Of a stretch of DNA of 32,000 nt, positions 28,790-32,000 are shown piece by piece. How positions within the stretch are numbered: the stretch's first letter is position 1; every line of letters starts with the position of its first letter. A program made the translations under genes and the position numbers. Origin of the DNA: Raphidiopsis brookii D9 (GTDB lineage Bacteria > Cyanobacteriota > Cyanobacteriia > Cyanobacteriales > Nostocaceae); assembly GCA_000175855.1 (NCBI GenBank), contig ACYB01000038.1:60001-92000 (forward strand), written 5' to 3'. The notes under the pieces are model-generated. The model was not told where the DNA came from and ran no database searches. It saw nothing but the letters and a program-made list of their open reading frames with translations.

Positions 28790-30259
28790 ATGAATAGCTA
28801 TATAGATTTTAGTGGTAGACCATTTCATTTTATTGGTATTGGGGGCATAGGAATGTCCGCCCTAGCCTACATACTGACAAAACGACAATTACCCGTTTCT
28901 GGTTCAGACCTGCGCCCTAACCAGATTACTCGCAAATTAGAGTCCCTGGGAGCTCATATTTTTAATCAACAAGAGGCCAGTAATCTAGAATTCTTCCGTC
29001 CCGGAGCATTTTCTAGCCATACTAGCCATATATTATCAAACCCATCAGACCAATTATCCACCCAACAAAAAAGTTTACCCCAGGTCGTTTGTTCTACGGC
29101 TATTAACAATAATAATTTAGAATATAAGGCAGCGCTAGAATTGGGCTGCCCCATTCTACATCGCTCTGATGTCTTAGCAGCTTTAATCGCTGACTATCAT
29201 AGCATTGCTGTAGCCGGAACCCATGGTAAAACTACAACTAGTAGCATGATAGGTTATATGCTATTACAAGCAGGTCTTGACCCAACCATTGTGGTAGGAG
29301 GAGAAGTCAATGCCTGGGAAGGAAATGCTAGATTAGGAGAAAGTAAGTATTTAGTAGCAGAAGCTGATGAGTCCGATGGTTCCTTGGTAAAACATACCCC
29401 AGCAATTGGGATAATTACTAATATTGAACTAGATCACCCTGATCATTATGCAACATTGGAACAAGTCGTGGAGACTTTTCAAACCTTTGCCCGAGGTTGT
29501 CAAGTTGTAGTGGGCAGTATTGATTGTGACATAGTACGCGATCGCCTAAAACCGGGGATCAGTTATAGTTTAGATCCGGATCAGGGTGCTGATTATACAG
29601 TCACCAACATTGACTATCGTGCAGACGGAACAACAGCCTTAGTTTGGGAAAAAGGTAAGTCCCTAGGGGTATTAAGCTTACAACTTTTAGGTCGCCATAA
29701 TCTCAGTAATGCCCTAGCTGCTGTGGCGGTGGGAAGGGTGTTAAATTTGGAGTTTGGGGAAATTGCCAAGGGTCTTGCCACCTTTGAAGGGGCCAGGAGA
29801 CGATTTGAATTCAGGGGTGAAGTAGATGGCATTACCTTCATCGATGATTATGCTCATCATCCTAGCGAAATCCGTGCCACTCTAGCAGCGGCGCGTCTAC
29901 AAGCCAAAGCGGGACAAAGAGTAGTAGGGATTTTTCAACCTCACCGTTACAGTCGGGTGCGGACTTTTTTCGACGAGTTTGCCAATTGTTTTACTCATGC
30001 GGACTTAGTTGTATTGACTGATATTTACAGTGCTGGTGAACCCAGTTGTGAGCAAATTACAGGTGAAAAATTGGCAGCAGAAATTGCCAAGCAACACCCA
30101 CAAGTGATTTATCAACCAAGTTTAGCCCTGATTCCTCGGGTTTTATTATCCACCCTACGTCCAGGGGATTTAGCAGTGTTTCTTGGAGCTGGTAATTTAA
30201 ATCAGACAATTCCAGAAATTATTAGTGCACTGAGTGAACCGGTCACAGTCACAGTTTAG
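28790..30259 (+). CDS. murC: UDP-N-acetylmuramate--L-alanine ligase
   Basis: 489 aa. FHFIGIGGIGMSALA, AGTHGKTTTSSM and DDYAHHPSEI. Confidence 0.95.
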   Translation: MNSYIDFSGRPFHFIGIGGIGMSALAYILTKRQLPVSGSDLRPNQITRKLESLGAHIFNQQEASNLEFFRPGAFSSHTSHILSNPSDQLSTQQKSLPQVVCSTAINNNNLEYKAALELGCPILHRSDVLAALIADYHSIAVAGTHGKTTTSSMIGYMLLQAGLDPTIVVGGEVNAWEGNARLGESKYLVAEADESDGSLVKHTPAIGIITNIELDHPDHYATLEQVVETFQTFARGCQVVVGSIDCDIVRDRLKPGISYSLDPDQGADYTVTNIDYRADGTTALVWEKGKSLGVLSLQLLGRHNLSNALAAVAVGRVLNLEFGEIAKGLATFEGARRRFEFRGEVDGITFIDDYAHHPSEIRATLAAARLQAKAGQRVVGIFQPHRYSRVRTFFDEFANCFTHADLVVLTDIYSAGEPSCEQITGEKLAAEIAKQHPQVIYQPSLALIPRVLLSTLRPGDLAVFLGAGNLNQTIPEIISALSEPVTVTV

Positions 30260-30335
30260 GGATGGCTAGATTATACGTATTTTAGCCTAAATATTGCGTT
30301 TGAGATGTTAATAAAGCTACCCATTTACATTAACA

Positions 30336-31343
30336 ATGATAATTTCTGAGTCTTCTGCTAGTCCCCGCACAGTCCCTACTTTGACGGAAAATAAACAAAC
30401 AACAGTTAATTCAGATGAAAATCAAATTATTTACTTACCTGGAACTAATTGTGTAATTAAGTCCAACATTTCCCTGTCTGGGTTTACCTCCTACAAAGTG
30501 GGAGGAGAAGCCCAGTGGTATAGCGCCCCCCGGGATTTAATGGCTATAAGAGCAACTGTGAAGTATGCCCAGGATCTGGATTTACCCATCACAATATTGG
30601 GAGCAGGTTCCAACCTATTAGTGAGTGATGAAGGTATACCAGGAATGGTAATTGCTACCCGTCACTTCCGTCACAAACATTTTGATAACCAAACAGGTCG
30701 GTTAACAGTAGCTGCAGGGGAACCCATTCCCAGTTTAGCATGGGAAGCAGCAAGTTTAGGATGGGAAGGACTAGAGTGGTCAGTTGGCATTCCAGGTACT
30801 GTAGGTGGTGCTGTTGTGATGAATGCAGGAGCACATAATAAATGTATGGGGGAAATGTTAGTCAGTGCAGAGTTACTATCTCCTGATGGTACTCTAGAAA
30901 CTGTGAATAGGTCACAGTTGGGTTACACCTATCGCAGCTCCTTGTTACAAAGAAGTAAGCGTATAGTTACTCAAGCTACTTTTCAACTTCAACCAGGTGC
31001 AGATCCAGCTAAAGTCACTGCTAGAACTAAAGAACACAAGCAGCACCGTCTTTCCACTCAACCTTACAATTTTCCCAGTTGTGGGAGTGTGTTTCGCAAC
31101 CCCCTACCCCAGACTGCGGGATGGTTAATTGAGCAATCTGGATTAAAAGGCTATCAAATTGGTAGGGCCCAAGTCGCCCAACTTCATGCTAACTTTATTG
31201 TTAATCGTGGAGGTGCTAGGGCCAATGATATTTTCCGTCTCATTCGCCATATTCAACATCAAATTCAGGATCAATGGTCAATCTTATTGGAACCAGAGGT
31301 AAAAATGATTGGTCAGTTTCCTGTTTTGGATGGTTATTCTTGA
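30336..31343 (+). CDS. murB: UDP-N-acetylenolpyruvoylglucosamine reductase
   Basis: 335 aa. FAD-binding domain (YKVGGEAQWY, LGAGSNLLVSD), SCGSVFRNP and HANFIVN. The N-terminal ~40 aa are non-conserved, so the start could be later. Confidence 0.93.
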   Translation: MIISESSASPRTVPTLTENKQTTVNSDENQIIYLPGTNCVIKSNISLSGFTSYKVGGEAQWYSAPRDLMAIRATVKYAQDLDLPITILGAGSNLLVSDEGIPGMVIATRHFRHKHFDNQTGRLTVAAGEPIPSLAWEAASLGWEGLEWSVGIPGTVGGAVVMNAGAHNKCMGEMLVSAELLSPDGTLETVNRSQLGYTYRSSLLQRSKRIVTQATFQLQPGADPAKVTARTKEHKQHRLSTQPYNFPSCGSVFRNPLPQTAGWLIEQSGLKGYQIGRAQVAQLHANFIVNRGGARANDIFRLIRHIQHQIQDQWSILLEPEVKMIGQFPVLDGYS

Positions 31344-31418
31344 GTTGGTTGAGACTAGGTCAGTGACAACTATAATTAGACTTGATTTTTTATTCGCAGC
31401 ACAACTGGAAAATTTACT

Positions 31419-31748
31419 ATGACAGGATTTGGTTTTGGAAAAGTAAAAGAATTAGCAGACGCTTTTAAGAAAGCTCAGGAGGTGCAACAAGGTGCCAAAC
31501 GTCTCCAAGAGGAATTAGAGCAGATGGAAATTGTGGGCGAGTCTGGTGGTGGACTAATTAAGGTGATTATTAGTGGTAACCAGGAACCTAAAAGGGTAGA
31601 AATATCCCCAAATGCACTTAATGAGGGACCAGACGTGCTTTCTGATCTAGTAACAGCAGCAATGAAGGATGCTTATCTTAAATCTACTCAGACCATGCGG
31701 GAACGCATGGAAGAGCTAACTGGTGGTTTGGAACTACCAGGATTTTAG
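31419..31748 (+). CDS. YbaB/EbfC family nucleoid-associated DNA-binding protein
   Basis: 109 aa. [40 protein letters not shown]...[10 protein letters not shown] is typical of YbaB. Confidence 0.92.
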   Translation: MTGFGFGKVKELADAFKKAQEVQQGAKRLQEELEQMEIVGESGGGLIKVIISGNQEPKRVEISPNALNEGPDVLSDLVTAAMKDAYLKSTQTMRERMEELTGGLELPGF

Positions 31749-31762
31749 TCAATGACAAGAAA

Positions 31763-31799
31763 CCCTACTTTTATAAAAAGTAGGGGCCATTTGTTTTTT
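31763..31799. terminator. Rho-independent terminator shared by the convergent ybaB and tRNA-Leu genes
   Basis: Perfect 10-bp stem CCCTACTTTT (31763-31772) / AAAAGTAGGG (31776-31785) with a 3-nt loop, followed by a T-rich run (TTTGTTTTTT, 31790-31799). An A-run flanks the other side, so it could work in both directions. Confidence 0.7.
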
Positions 31800-31800
31800 A

Positions 31801-32000
31801 TGGGGGTGGGGGGACTTGAACCCCCACGACTTTCTACAGTCAACGGATTTTCATTCTCTTGCAGCTTTCGCTACTACCTTTGGGGTTTTAAGAATTGGAC
31901 TCTCCCTTTACCCTCGTCTTCACGTTAGGGTAGCTCCCGTCGAGTCTCTGCACCTTCCCAGAAACATTACGTGAGTTTACTGGGCTTGGCTCAGGATTGC
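31801..32000 (-). tRNA. trnL: tRNA-Leu(UAA) gene, partial: complete 3' exon (31801-31851) plus the 3' part of its group I intron; the 5' exon lies beyond the window
   Basis: The minus strand reads AAAATCCGT|TGACTGTAGAAAGTCG|T|GGGGG TTCAAGT CCCCC|CACCCCC|A. This gives anticodon nt AA plus the loop, a long class II variable arm, T-arm, acceptor and discriminator A. CCA is not encoded. The exon begins directly after an intron-terminal G. Confidence 0.9.
31852..32000 (-). ncRNA. Group I (IC3-type) self-splicing intron in the tRNA-Leu(UAA) anticodon loop, 3' 149 nt only
   Basis: The minus strand reads ...CCUGAGCCAAGCCC...GGGAAGGUGCAGAGACUCGACGGGAGCUACCCUAACGUGAAGACGAGGGUAAAGGGAGAGUCCAAUUC...GUAGCGAAAGCUGCAAGAGAAUG. 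This matches the conserved catalytic core (P7/P3/P8/P9 region) of the Anabaena/Azoarcus-type tRNA introns as I remember them, and ends in the omega G. Confidence 0.9.

Overview
This looks like a core-chromosome window from a cyanobacterium, probably a filamentous Nostocales-type genome. Supporting evidence: 11 copies of the HIP1 octamer GCGATCGC, a pipX-pipY operon, Calvin-cycle gap2, a signal-peptide pentapeptide-repeat protein, and a tRNA-Leu(UAA) gene split by a group I intron. I call 32 intact CDS, one frameshifted tandem-ATPase ABC gene, one possible CDS fragment at the left edge, a partial intron-containing tRNA-Leu, a candidate 6S RNA downstream of purK, and two intrinsic terminators. 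Gene content is mostly housekeeping: ahcY, cbiT, cdsA, plsC, rsmH, malQ, purK, proC, sepF, thiL, gap2, murC-murB, ybaB. I found no transposase, integrase, CRISPR array, toxin-antitoxin pair or recognisable defence cassette, so I cannot point to a clear new multi-gene system. The best leads are: (1) a coiled-coil/zinc-ribbon polytopic membrane protein translationally coupled to an orphan tandem-NBD ABC ATPase that carries a homopolymer frameshift; (2) an unannotated, highly structured ~185-nt RNA with its own TATAAT promoter directly downstream of purK, probably 6S RNA; (3) a 19-bp hairpin plus U-tract about 50 nt upstream of the Mn-exporter gene mnx, which is either a terminator or an attenuator; (4) a family-less 337-aa protein with a Lys/Pro-rich tail behind a 575-bp intergenic region, convergently overlapping a DUF39/COG1900 homocysteine-biosynthesis-type gene. 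All family assignments rest on motif recognition by eye, with no database search.
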